The notes beneath the pieces were generated by a model. That model was not told where the DNA came from and ran no database searches. It saw only the letters and a list, made by a program, of their open reading frames with translations. This document shows, in pieces, positions 45,828 to 55,218 of a DNA stretch of 64,000 nt (position 1 is the stretch's first letter; every line of letters starts with the position of its first letter). This DNA is from Dehalococcoidia bacterium (lineage in GTDB: Bacteria > Chloroflexota > Dehalococcoidia > Plut-88900), in NCBI GenBank assembly GCA_965207225.1, contig CBDBLV010000004.1, positions 608,001-672,000 of the forward strand, read 5' to 3'. The translations under genes were made by a program, and so were the position numbers.

Positions 45828-47050
45828 GTGGCCACCCCGTCGTTGCTAATCAGGGCGGTCATGGCGACCTCACGGGTAATCGTGCCGAGGCACTTGGTGT
45901 CATCGAGAACGGCGATGGGGGCTTCGTTGTCGATAACAAGCGGGATAAGCTCTTCGAGTCGGGTGGCAGGGGCTGCGGTTGGACAGGCATCGCGCATTAC
46001 GGAGGCAACGCTGGCGTTTTCGGTGGCGGCTTTTGCGTCGGAGAGTCGAAGAGCTCCCCTGAATTGGTCTTGATTATCTAATACAACCGCGCAGTCGCAG
46101 TTCTCTTCAGTCATCCTGGTGACCAGGTCCGACAACCCTTCATCTGCGGTGCAAGATACGCGCGCAGGTGTCATTACCGAGCGGGCCGTCAGGACCTTGG
46201 ATCGGGGCACGTCCCTGGTAAAGTCCCGGACATAGTCGTCAGTAGGCGCGGAAACCACCTCCTCCGGGGTCCCGACCTGCACAAACTCACCATCTTTCAT
46301 TATGGCCACCCGGTCCCCGACCTTGAGGGCCTCCAGGAAATCGTGAGTGATAAATACCATGGTCTTCTGGACGAGCTGCTGGAGCCGGATTAGCTGGTCC
46401 TGCATTTCACGGCGGATGAGGGGGTCCAGGGCACTAAAGGGCTCGTCAAAGAGTAGTATCTGGGGGTCGACAGCAAGGGCCCGGGCCAGGCCGACGCGCT
46501 GCTGCATGCCGCCGCTAAGCTCGTGGGGAAATCGCTCTTCCCAACCCATGAGGCCGACAAGTTCTATGACCTCGGCGGCCCGCTTGTTGCGCGCTGCCTT
46601 CTCCATCCCCTGTATCTGAAGGCCGTAGACCACGTTGTCCATTACACGCTTATGGGGGAAGTTGCCGAAGTGCTGGAAAACCATCCCCATCTTGTAGCGG
46701 CGGATGTCCCGCAACTCCTGCTTGTTCATGGCCAGGACGTCCTGGCCGTCTATGAGTACTTCGCCTCGTGTGGGCTCTATGAGGCGGCTCAGGCACCGAA
46801 CCAGGGTGGACTTGCCGCTGCCGGAGAGTCCCATGATGACAAAGGTCTCGCCTTCCCGGACGGAAAATGACACGTCCTTGACCGCGACGACGTTGCCCGT
46901 CTGTGCGAGCACCTCCTCCCGGGAAAGCGCGGGGTCTATGGAGTCGACCAGGGAGTCAGCGCCGTCCCCAAAAACTTTCCAGATGTTGCGGCATTCAAGG
47001 CGGTAGCCGGTCTCGGTTCCGGTCGTACGGTTGTCTTCCGCGGCTGTCAT
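45824..47050 (-). CDS. proV: Glycine betaine/proline ABC ATP-binding protein with CBS pair
   Basis: GLSGSGKST, LSGGMQQRVGLARAL, DEPFSALDPLIR, FITHD. Confidence 0.92.
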   Translation of the reverse strand: MTAAEDNRTTGTETGYRLECRNIWKVFGDGADSLVDSIDPALSREEVLAQTGNVVAVKDVSFSVREGETFVIMGLSGSGKSTLVRCLSRLIEPTRGEVLIDGQDVLAMNKQELRDIRRYKMGMVFQHFGNFPHKRVMDNVVYGLQIQGMEKAARNKRAAEVIELVGLMGWEERFPHELSGGMQQRVGLARALAVDPQILLFDEPFSALDPLIRREMQDQLIRLQQLVQKTMVFITHDFLEALKVGDRVAIMKDGEFVQVGTPEEVVSAPTDDYVRDFTRDVPRSKVLTARSVMTPARVSCTADEGLSDLVTRMTEENCDCAVVLDNQDQFRGALRLSDAKAATENASVASVMRDACPTAAPATRLEELIPLVIDNEAPIAVLDDTKCLGTITREVAMTALISNDGVAT

Positions 47051-47061
47051 TCGCCTCAAAC

Positions 47062-48210
47062 CTACCTCAAGTTGTACACATCTACGGCGTTTTGGCCCAT
47101 CACTTTGTTCACGTCTTCTTCCGAAAGGGGGCTCAGCAGGTCCCTGATGGCCCCGACTACACCCGGAAAACCATCATGGTGCGGGAAGTCGGAAGCCCAG
47201 AAAAACTTGTCCGCCCCGACCTTGCTGATGATTTGTGGGATAAGCTCTTCCTCGGGTTCGAGAGATATCCAGCATTGGCGCCGGAAATAGTCGCTGGGCT
47301 GCTCCTTGAAATTAGTGGCATGGCTCTGGCTCTTGAACTTGTCGTCGAGGCGTTCGAGGAGGTAGGCAAGCCACGTGGCGCCGGTCTCCAGGAATACGTA
47401 TTTCATAGTTGGGAAACGATCGAAGGCGCCCTCAGTGATCATGTGGATAAGGGCAAGCTGGGACTGGAACGGGATGACCATGGTGACGTAGTAAAAGTCG
47501 TCACCCATGGTATCGAAGGAGCGGTTTTGGTCCTTGGCCAGGTAGTTTATCTGGCTTACAACGTGGTTGCCCAGGGGCAGCCCCGACTCTTCAACGGCCT
47601 CGTACAACGGATCGAAGTAAGGGTTGCCGTAGTAGATGCCATTGGTGGCAGTGTTGTACACCATGAACCCCTTGACCCCCAGGGCTGCGGTGCGCCGCAC
47701 TTCCGCGGCCGCTTCATAGGCATCCAGCGTAGGAATATGAGCTATGGGGTAGTGACGGTTCGAATATGACTTACAGAAATCGACTATCCAGTCGTTGTAA
47801 GCGCGGCAGTACGCTGAGGCGACCTTGGGGTCGTCACACTCATCCTCCCAGGAGATACCGATAGTGGGATACAGAACAGCCTTGTCGATACCCTCCTGGT
47901 CGTGCCAGGCAGCACGGGCATCGGGTTGGTTGGAGGCGGGAATCATTCCGTCGTAGTAGTGGACTCCGCCCGGGGTGAAGAAAGGCTCGTAGTCATCGGT
48001 CCCAAAGGCCTTGCCCGCGTCGACACCCAGCCCCGTGCCTCCCTGTACAAGCGACGATTTCTTCCCGTTTATCTCCAGGTATTCGAGGCCGTTCTCGTCG
48101 TTGAGCAGGCGTAGTGGTCTATCCCTGAACGCAGGATCAAGGTACTGCTCCATAATTTCGGTGATGGGCTCCGCAACGTGCCCGTCTACGTCTACTACTA
48201 CGCCTTGCAT
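47062..48210 (-). CDS. Amidohydrolase family protein (Amidohydro_2)
   Basis: DVDGH, YPT, GNH, FLE, WASDFPH. Confidence 0.9.
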   Translation of the reverse strand: MQGVVVDVDGHVAEPITEIMEQYLDPAFRDRPLRLLNDENGLEYLEINGKKSSLVQGGTGLGVDAGKAFGTDDYEPFFTPGGVHYYDGMIPASNQPDARAAWHDQEGIDKAVLYPTIGISWEDECDDPKVASAYCRAYNDWIVDFCKSYSNRHYPIAHIPTLDAYEAAAEVRRTAALGVKGFMVYNTATNGIYYGNPYFDPLYEAVEESGLPLGNHVVSQINYLAKDQNRSFDTMGDDFYYVTMVIPFQSQLALIHMITEGAFDRFPTMKYVFLETGATWLAYLLERLDDKFKSQSHATNFKEQPSDYFRRQCWISLEPEEELIPQIISKVGADKFFWASDFPHHDGFPGVVGAIRDLLSPLSEEDVNKVMGQNAVDVYNLR

Positions 48211-48281
48211 TTGCTTCCTGTGAATCCGCCTCGGTTAACCCCTTTATCTAAACGCATCAGCCCCACATTCGGTTGAAGGGC

Positions 48282-49415
48282 CTACTTAAGGTCGTAGATT
48301 CTGAGAGCGTTGCCGCCCAGGATCAGGTCCTGCTCCTCCTGGGACAGGGGGTCGAGGGTCTCCTTGAGTTCGGGGACCGGCTCTTCGTGGCCCTCTTCGT
48401 GGGGATAGTCGGAGCCAAACATGAGCTTGTGAGCCCCGACCAGCTGGGCCATGTGAGGGAATGTCTTTTCGTCGGCCTCACCGGTTATCCATCCCTGGCG
48501 ATCGAAGTACTCGCTGGGCAGCATCTTCATCTCGGGGTGGCCTGAAATCTTGTATTTTGAGTCCAGGAGCTCCATCCAGTGGGCAATCCAACCGCATCCT
48601 GTTTCCACCACCCCGACGCTCAGCCCGGGAAACCGTTCGAAAACGCCGCCCTGAAGGAAGGTGCTGAAGGCCAACTGGCAGTCCTGGTTGTACATGATTT
48701 GGAACCACCAGTAGTTGGAGTGGAAGCCGCCCTGGTACAGATGGCTGCCGGCGTGCTTTGGCGTGTTGCTGACGTGGATGCCGAGAGGTAGATTGAGGTC
48801 CTGGCAAGCCGCCCAGAACGGATCGTAGTGGTGGTCGCCATAGGGTATGTCATTGACGGGGGTGGCAAACAGGTAGACGCCCCGTGCCCCTAGCCTCGCG
48901 GCCCGATTCACCTCGATCACGGCATCTTCGATGTTGTGAAGAGCGACGTGTGCAATCGGCACCATCCGGTCGGAGTAGGGGCGGCAGAGATCGGTGAGCC
49001 ATGTGTTGTAGACGCGGCAGTAGGCGGTCGCTAGGTCAGGATCCTCAACCTCGTCCTGCCAGCCGAGAAGCAGAGACGGGTATACGATGGCCATGTCGAT
49101 CCCGTGATGGTCCATCCAGTCCAGGCGTACGTCGAAGTTGCGGGCCCCTTCCGGGACGCTCTCCTCGTAGGTCGGGCCCCCAGCCCCGTCCGCGGTATCG
49201 CGGAGGGATCTTACGTCGGCGTCCAGGCTGCCAAAGCTGTTGAATCCCCCGCCGCTCACGCAAACCGACTTCTTGCCCTCCAGTTCCATGTACTCCAGGC
49301 CGTCCGAGTCGATCCTGAGTCGAATTGCCCTGTCCCGGTACTCGGGTTCCAGGTTCTTTTCCCACAGGTCCGACGGTTCGAGGATGTGACCGTCTGCGTC
49401 TACAACCTTGGTCAT
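48282..49415 (-). CDS. Amidohydrolase family protein (Amidohydro_2)
   Basis: DADGH, YPS, GIH, VVE, FGSDYPH. Confidence 0.9.
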   Translation of the reverse strand: MTKVVDADGHILEPSDLWEKNLEPEYRDRAIRLRIDSDGLEYMELEGKKSVCVSGGGFNSFGSLDADVRSLRDTADGAGGPTYEESVPEGARNFDVRLDWMDHHGIDMAIVYPSLLLGWQDEVEDPDLATAYCRVYNTWLTDLCRPYSDRMVPIAHVALHNIEDAVIEVNRAARLGARGVYLFATPVNDIPYGDHHYDPFWAACQDLNLPLGIHVSNTPKHAGSHLYQGGFHSNYWWFQIMYNQDCQLAFSTFLQGGVFERFPGLSVGVVETGCGWIAHWMELLDSKYKISGHPEMKMLPSEYFDRQGWITGEADEKTFPHMAQLVGAHKLMFGSDYPHEEGHEEPVPELKETLDPLSQEEQDLILGGNALRIYDLK

Positions 49416-49457
49416 TGCCCCTCTCCCTTTAATGAACTTGACCCGAAGGGACCGCTC

Positions 49458-50702
49458 CTAGCCCTGGAACTCCGGCATAATCTTCGTGCCGAAAATCTCC
49501 ATCTGTTCCATCGCTTCGTCTATGGGTTGGTATCCCTGGTCCAACTGGAGGGTGAACCACTCGAGGTTGCCTCCGTCATGGCAGCGGGACAGGGAGTCCA
49601 TCTGGCGCTTTACGTCGTCCACTGTCCCGACAAGGGCAAATTCATGCTCGATAAGGCGCTGGGTGACGGCGGTGGAGTCCTTGAAGCGAAGGGGCTTGGG
49701 CTCTTCCGGGTCTTCCGGGTTGCGGAAGCCTTCCATGAACCCGAAGGCGCCGAAGTACTCGGAGTACTGCCACCCGAGCGTCCTTTCGGCCCGTGCGAAG
49801 GCCTCTTCGTAGGTATCCCCTATGTAGACGTACCGAGGCGCGGCCACGCTCTCTCCAAGCTCCAAGTCCCTCCCGTTTTCGGCGGCGGTCTCGCGGTAAA
49901 CGTGACATAGCTTGTTGAAGTCCGCGGGACGGGAGACCTGGATCTGGGAGATCATCCCTTCCCTTGCTGCGAACCTGATGCTGGTCTCGCTGAGCGAGAA
50001 GGCCATGAAAACGGGGGGATGAGGCGACTGGTAGGGCTTGGGGACTACGGATATACCTCGGATGACTCCCTCATCGTCGATCTCGCCGGGGGCGCCGCGG
50101 TCTCGGGTGATCTGGCCGAGTGCCCAGCCCTGGATGCCGTCCTCGTATGGGAAAGGGACCTCGTAGAAATCGCCCTGGTAGCTGAGAACGTCCTGGGTCC
50201 AGGCGGCCTTGATGACCTGCCAATTCTGCTCGAAGAGCTTGCGGTTGCGCTCGTTGGTCTGCGATTTGTCGGACTGGGTGCCCTTGACCCGGTATTTCTG
50301 GCCGAGTACGCCGACCCACCGGTCCTGGTAACCCCGGGCAAAGCCGGCCATCAAGCGGCCCTTAGTCAGATGGTCGAGAACGGCCAGCTCCTCCGCCGCA
50401 CGGATCGGGTCCCAGGTGGTGAGGACAAGGGCGAGGGGTGCGAATTTTATCCTCTTGGTTCTCGCAGCGAGGTCCGTATACAGGAGCAGGGGGGCCACGG
50501 ACATCTCGATGCCCTCGGAGTGGAAGTGGTGCTCGGTGGTGGAGAAGGTATCGAAGCCCAGGTCTTCCGCCGCAAAGCAAATGCGCTTCATCTCCTCTAT
50601 AAGCTCCTGGTAGCGCTCATTGTTGCGCCCTATCGGGGCCAGCTTCTCGCCGTCGGGGATTACGCCGGGAGACGCGGGGTTGGTGAAGATTCCGAACTTC
50701 AT
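49458..50702 (-). CDS. LLM-class flavin-dependent oxidoreductase
   Basis: TEHHFHSEG, LDHLTKGR, PKPYQ.PHPP; paralog of 14435-15676. Confidence 0.9.
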   Translation of the reverse strand: MKFGIFTNPASPGVIPDGEKLAPIGRNNERYQELIEEMKRICFAAEDLGFDTFSTTEHHFHSEGIEMSVAPLLLYTDLAARTKRIKFAPLALVLTTWDPIRAAEELAVLDHLTKGRLMAGFARGYQDRWVGVLGQKYRVKGTQSDKSQTNERNRKLFEQNWQVIKAAWTQDVLSYQGDFYEVPFPYEDGIQGWALGQITRDRGAPGEIDDEGVIRGISVVPKPYQSPHPPVFMAFSLSETSIRFAAREGMISQIQVSRPADFNKLCHVYRETAAENGRDLELGESVAAPRYVYIGDTYEEAFARAERTLGWQYSEYFGAFGFMEGFRNPEDPEEPKPLRFKDSTAVTQRLIEHEFALVGTVDDVKRQMDSLSRCHDGGNLEWFTLQLDQGYQPIDEAMEQMEIFGTKIMPEFQG

Positions 50703-50994
50703 GGGATTCCTCCTTAAATCAGGAGCCGGGGAACGGATGTGAAGGTTGCCTTACCCTATAAACGGACCCACGGGCTTGGTGCCAATCCGAAGTAATGCTG
50801 GTTGCAGTTTGTGGCAACCTATTAGGTGGGGATACTAACATATCCAGCCTGACATTAGGTAGAGGTGCGTTGACCGGGCTGCACAGGGTGGATAACATCG
50901 TTCGACAAAGATGAAGGAGTCCCCTGAAACCGAACTTATGCGTGCGTTTGAGCTTGCTCACAGGGCCCCGGAATGACAGATAGTGGAGTTTGAA

Positions 50995-52020
50995 ATGGCA
51001 GACCCAGTTTCGGATGCGGTGGAGGTAATCGAGCACTTCTACCGGGAAGGCTTGACCGACGGCCTCCCCGTCCTTCCCCCGACGCCCGAGTCCGTGAGCC
51101 GGTTCCTCGAGGCTGCCGGCGTGGACGCTGAGGAGGTGATAGGGACCCGGGCCAGCCGCAATTGGAAGGTTACCGCTCAGAAGGTAGCCATCAATGCGGT
51201 AATGGCGGGATGCCAGGCGGCCTATGCGCCAGTTGTGATAGCCGCAATGCGCGGGATGCTGGAACCCGAGTTCAATGCGTCGGCGCTAGCGGAGACAACG
51301 GGGGCTTCAGCGGCGATGATAGTGATAAACGGGCCTGTCAGAAATGAAATCGACCTGAATTGCGGGTGGAACCTGCTTGGTCCCGGATGGCGGGCCAACG
51401 CGACCATCGGGCGGGCGCTGCGGCTCGTGATGATGAACGTGTGTCGGGAGATACCCGGGGTGACGGACAAGTCGGCCTTCGGGCATTCTGGTCGGTACAC
51501 CATGTGCTTCGGAGAGAACGAGGAACTGAGCCCCTGGAGCCCGCATCACGTAGACAACGGCTTTCCGCTGGAGGCCAGCACTGTCAGCCTGATACCGGTC
51601 GGGCACCCGATGGAAGCCTACAACCAGAGGGACAGCAGTCCCGAGGCGATACTGGAGGTCATAGCCCATACTGTAGCCGCCAGTGAGCGATGTCATGGAG
51701 GCGCCATTGTAGTCCTGAGCCCCGAGCATTCAACGCTGGTTGCCGAGGCCGGTTGGTCCAAGGAAAGGGTGAAGGAGCACTTGGCGGACAGGTCCAACAT
51801 CCTGAGGCCGGCCCTCGCCCCCGACAGAGGCATGAGCGGGGCGCTGGCCGGAGCCGTGTTCCCGGGCCACGAGGGCGACGCCGGCGCCGCACGCATCACT
51901 GCCGATGACGTAATGCTATTCGTGGCCGGGGGCCCCGCAGGGGGACACTCCATGGTATTGCCTCTCTGGGGACAGGGAATCTGCAAACCCGTCACCCGAG
52001 AAGTGATCGGGGCCAGGTAG
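50995..52020 (+). CDS. Conserved uncharacterised protein (TDGLP family, recalled as a neighbour of UGSC selenoproteins)
   Basis: TDGLPVLPPT, KVAINAVMAGC, INGP, RANATIGRAL, ENEE.SPW.P.HV..GF, VAGG. Confidence 0.7.
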   Translation: MADPVSDAVEVIEHFYREGLTDGLPVLPPTPESVSRFLEAAGVDAEEVIGTRASRNWKVTAQKVAINAVMAGCQAAYAPVVIAAMRGMLEPEFNASALAETTGASAAMIVINGPVRNEIDLNCGWNLLGPGWRANATIGRALRLVMMNVCREIPGVTDKSAFGHSGRYTMCFGENEELSPWSPHHVDNGFPLEASTVSLIPVGHPMEAYNQRDSSPEAILEVIAHTVAASERCHGGAIVVLSPEHSTLVAEAGWSKERVKEHLADRSNILRPALAPDRGMSGALAGAVFPGHEGDAGAARITADDVMLFVAGGPAGGHSMVLPLWGQGICKPVTREVIGAR

Positions 52021-52023
52021 GGT

Positions 52024-53580
52024 ATGGCCAGGCAGTACGATGTGGCGGTGGTCGGGGGTGGGCACAACGGGCTGGTCTGCGCGGCGTACCTCGCTAGGGC
52101 GGGACTGGACGCAGCAGTGCTGGAGCGGCGGTCGATTGTCGGCGGGGCGTGCGTTACGGAGGAGATTTTCCCCGGCTACAAGGTCTGTACTGCCGCGCAA
52201 ATCGGTGGCCTGCTGAAGACCAAGATCATCCGAGACCTCGACCTGGAAAAGTTCGGGTTCAGTCTCGTGCCCTTCGACCCCCACCGCCTGCACCTATTCC
52301 CGGACGGGCGCTACATCCAGTACTGGCGAGACCCATCCAGGAGCATGACAGAGGTAGCCAGGTTCTCCGAGAAGGACGCACAGGCCTACCTGCGCTTCGA
52401 ACAGCAGATGGACCGGCTCGCCTCGATAATGAAGCCCTCTCTGGAACTCCGGCCCCCGATGTCCATTGGAGAAGTGGAAGCGAGGTTTGACGAGGCGGGG
52501 GAGTCGAGGGCGTTCCGGGAGATTATGTTCGGGAGCATGAAAGGCTTCCTGGACGCGAGGTTTGAATCGGAAGAAGTGAAGGCATCCATCGCGCCTAGGG
52601 GGATGACAGGCATAGGGAGGGGCCCGATGTCGGCAGGGTCTGCATACATGATGCTGCACTATTGGCCGGAGCCCGGGACGGCGTGGGGTCGAGTCCCGGG
52701 CGGCATGGGTACAATAACGCAGGCACTCTCCGCAGCGGCCCGGGTCCTGGGAGCTGACGTTTACACGGATGCCGAGGTTGCTTCGATAAGCGTGAAGGAG
52801 GGTCGGGCGGCTGGTGTGGAGTTGGTGGATGGTCGGATCATCGAGGCGAAGGTCGTGGCCTCAAACGCCGACCCAAAGAGGACATTTCAGACGCTGGTCG
52901 AACCTGAACACCTGGACCCAGACTTCCTGACGCAGGTCGAGGGCATATCAGCGCATGGGATGACCTTCAACATCCATTTGGCCATGAGTGGTCTGCCGGA
53001 ATTCAAGGCGTTTCCGGGCGAGGGGCAGGGGAGCCAGCACCAGGGGCTGTTCTGGATAGCCCCGAGCGTCGATTACCTGGAACGTGCGGTGGACGAGGCC
53101 AAGTTCGGGAACCCGGCGAAGGGACCCTACCTGTCGGGGATCATCCACTCGGTGATGGACCCATCGATGGCGCCGCCGGGCAAGCACTACATGACGGTCT
53201 ACGGACAGTGGGCGCCCTACCACCTGAAAGAGGGAACGTGGGACGAAATCGGGGACTCGTACGTGAAGCACTGCATCGACCTGATGACGGGGTACATCCC
53301 CAACCTGCCGGAAATCATCGAAGACTACTTCCTCGTATCTCCGGAGGAGCTGGAGGACCGGATTGGCATGAGCCAGGGGCATATGTTCCACGGCGAATGC
53401 GTGCCGGGCCAGCTATTCCAGCACCGACCCTTCTCCGGCTGGGCCGACTACCGGACACTCATCAACAACCTGTACCTGTGCGGGGCTGGCACCCATCCCG
53501 GAGGCACGGTAACCGGCGCCCCCGGCCACAACGCCGCCCACGAGATCCTGAAGGACTGGAAGGAAGGGGTCGTGGGCTAG
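52024..53580 (+). CDS. Phytoene desaturase-like FAD-dependent oxidoreductase
   Basis: VGGGHNGL.AAYLA, GGAC.TEE, GGMG.I, DP.MAP.G.H, LYLCGAGTHPGG.V.GAPG.NAA. Confidence 0.9.
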   Translation: MARQYDVAVVGGGHNGLVCAAYLARAGLDAAVLERRSIVGGACVTEEIFPGYKVCTAAQIGGLLKTKIIRDLDLEKFGFSLVPFDPHRLHLFPDGRYIQYWRDPSRSMTEVARFSEKDAQAYLRFEQQMDRLASIMKPSLELRPPMSIGEVEARFDEAGESRAFREIMFGSMKGFLDARFESEEVKASIAPRGMTGIGRGPMSAGSAYMMLHYWPEPGTAWGRVPGGMGTITQALSAAARVLGADVYTDAEVASISVKEGRAAGVELVDGRIIEAKVVASNADPKRTFQTLVEPEHLDPDFLTQVEGISAHGMTFNIHLAMSGLPEFKAFPGEGQGSQHQGLFWIAPSVDYLERAVDEAKFGNPAKGPYLSGIIHSVMDPSMAPPGKHYMTVYGQWAPYHLKEGTWDEIGDSYVKHCIDLMTGYIPNLPEIIEDYFLVSPEELEDRIGMSQGHMFHGECVPGQLFQHRPFSGWADYRTLINNLYLCGAGTHPGGTVTGAPGHNAAHEILKDWKEGVVG

Positions 53581-53593
53581 GGGTGAGCGTCTG

Positions 53594-53965
53594 CTAGACG
53601 TGCTGGTCAAACAGGATCGTATTGCCGTCAGGGTCCTGGATTATGAAGCTTCCCGGGCCCGAGGTTGCCTCGTCGGCTTCGCTGATGAACTGCATACCCT
53701 TGGATTTGAGCTGCCGTTGCAGTTCACGAATGTCTACAAAAGAGTCTAGGGGCTGGGCCTCGTCATCCCAGCCGGGGTTGAAAGTGAGGATGTTCTCTTC
53801 GAACATTCCCTGGAAGAGGCCTATCGTGTGGCCGCTGTTCCTTAGAATCAGCCAGTTCTGGGCCTGCTCTCCCCCGACAACCTCGAATCCCAGCTTTTCG
53901 TAGAACTCCCGTGAGGCCTGGATATCCTTTACGGCCAAACTAACCGAAAACGCGCCAAGTTTCAT
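53594..53965 (-). CDS. VOC/glyoxalase family protein
   Basis: MKLGAFSVSLAVKD..S..FYEKLGF, IGLFQGMF..N.LTFNPGW, DPDGN. Confidence 0.9.
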   Translation of the reverse strand: MKLGAFSVSLAVKDIQASREFYEKLGFEVVGGEQAQNWLILRNSGHTIGLFQGMFEENILTFNPGWDDEAQPLDSFVDIRELQRQLKSKGMQFISEADEATSGPGSFIIQDPDGNTILFDQHV

Positions 53966-54042
53966 GTCTGTATCTCCTGGTTGCCTTAAGCAATGGGCGT
54001 AGAAGTGCCAACTAGTATTGCGGATTTCGAGAATGCCTTGGG

Positions 54043-54513
54043 TCAGCAACTGAAGGAATACGTGCCTTCATCGAAGATGCCGTTGGCAAGCTGAAGTTCC
54101 CGGATGTAGCAGATGAGGTTCTCAACCGCCGCATCGGAGACGCCGACCACGGGCGGCATGTCCCCGAACCACCAGTGGTGCTGCGGCACCCCGTTGCGCA
54201 CTGCGCTGCGAATAGTGACGTCCGAGTGATGGCCCGGCTCATATATCCTGTCGATCAGGGGAGGCCCGGTGCCCGTGCCCATGACGTCCGACCCGTGACA
54301 CAGGGCGCAGTTGGCGTCGAAGACCTCCTTGCCCATTAGCGCCGAGTTGGAGAGCTCAGGCCCCGAGGGAGCAAACGTCGCGGCTGGCGGGGGGGTGGGG
54401 GTGTCTTCGGGCGGAGGGGGCTCTGAGCCACAGGCCGCAATTGCCGTCAGTATCAAGCCCATCGCACACAGGAATCCTAGGATTCCGACTAATCGACCGT
54501 TCTTGTTTGTCAT
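54043..54513 (-). CDS. Cytochrome c lipoprotein
   Basis: Lipobox IAAC, CALCHG, GPPL...Y.P.HH.D, HHWWFGDMPP. Confidence 0.85.
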   Translation of the reverse strand: MTNKNGRLVGILGFLCAMGLILTAIAACGSEPPPPEDTPTPPPAATFAPSGPELSNSALMGKEVFDANCALCHGSDVMGTGTGPPLIDRIYEPGHHSDVTIRSAVRNGVPQHHWWFGDMPPVVGVSDAAVENLICYIRELQLANGIFDEGTYSFSC

Positions 54514-54720
54514 ATCCAATCCCGAGTCTAAGTGCCGCATTAAGGAGCACTGAAGCTGCGTCAACTCTAGTGCAGTCAGCCAAAATGCTCTTGCGTTTGC
54601 TGTGATTAAAGCTTATCACGAGCCGCTTCTTCAGGAGTGGGGATCGCAGAATGAGTAGTGCTAAACTCGGAGCGTGAATCAAAGATGCTGAGCCCCTGCA
54701 CATTCTGGCAGGAAGATATT

Positions 54721-55218
54721 ATGACAATTCCAAGGACCATGACCCCGCTCCTTTTGCTGGCGACACTAATCGCTGTCGCCGCGTGTGGCGAAACCCGGGT
54801 ACCTGAGCCTCCGGAACCCTCCGCCTCCGCGCTTATGGGGTACCTCGAAGAGGTGGACTACCGGGAGAATTGGGGCCTGTGGCCCGGGCTTGGGGAGAAG
54901 TACTCGGCCAGGGAGCCCCATGGCATGCTGATAACTACCTACCTAAACCCCTCGGCCCTCGACGCCCTCGTAGGCAAGAAGGGAAGCATGCCTGAAGGTG
55001 CTATTATCGTAAAGGAGAACTACACGTCAGACGGGGAGTTCGAGGCCCATACGGTGATGTACAAGAAATCGGGTTTCAACCCCGACCACAACGACTGGTT
55101 CTGGTTCAAGGTACTGGAGGACGGAACGGTGGAGGAAGAGGGCCGTAGTGAGTCATGTCTCGCATGCCACGGGCAGGTGGAAGTAAACGACTATATCTGG
55201 AGCGGGCCCCTGTTCTAA
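54721..55218 (+). CDS. Cytochrome P460 family lipoprotein
   Basis: Lipobox VAAC, PHG...TYLN..A, MPEGAIIVKE, VMYK, DWFW, C-terminal CLACH. Confidence 0.8.
   Translation: MTIPRTMTPLLLLATLIAVAACGETRVPEPPEPSASALMGYLEEVDYRENWGLWPGLGEKYSAREPHGMLITTYLNPSALDALVGKKGSMPEGAIIVKENYTSDGEFEAHTVMYKKSGFNPDHNDWFWFKVLEDGTVEEEGRSESCLACHGQVEVNDYIWSGPLF

Noticed and set aside
50938-50994. Second selenoprotein via the in-frame TGA at 50974
   Set aside because: The upstream 12 codons show no redox motif, there is no SECIS-like hairpin, and an RBS precedes ATG 50995.
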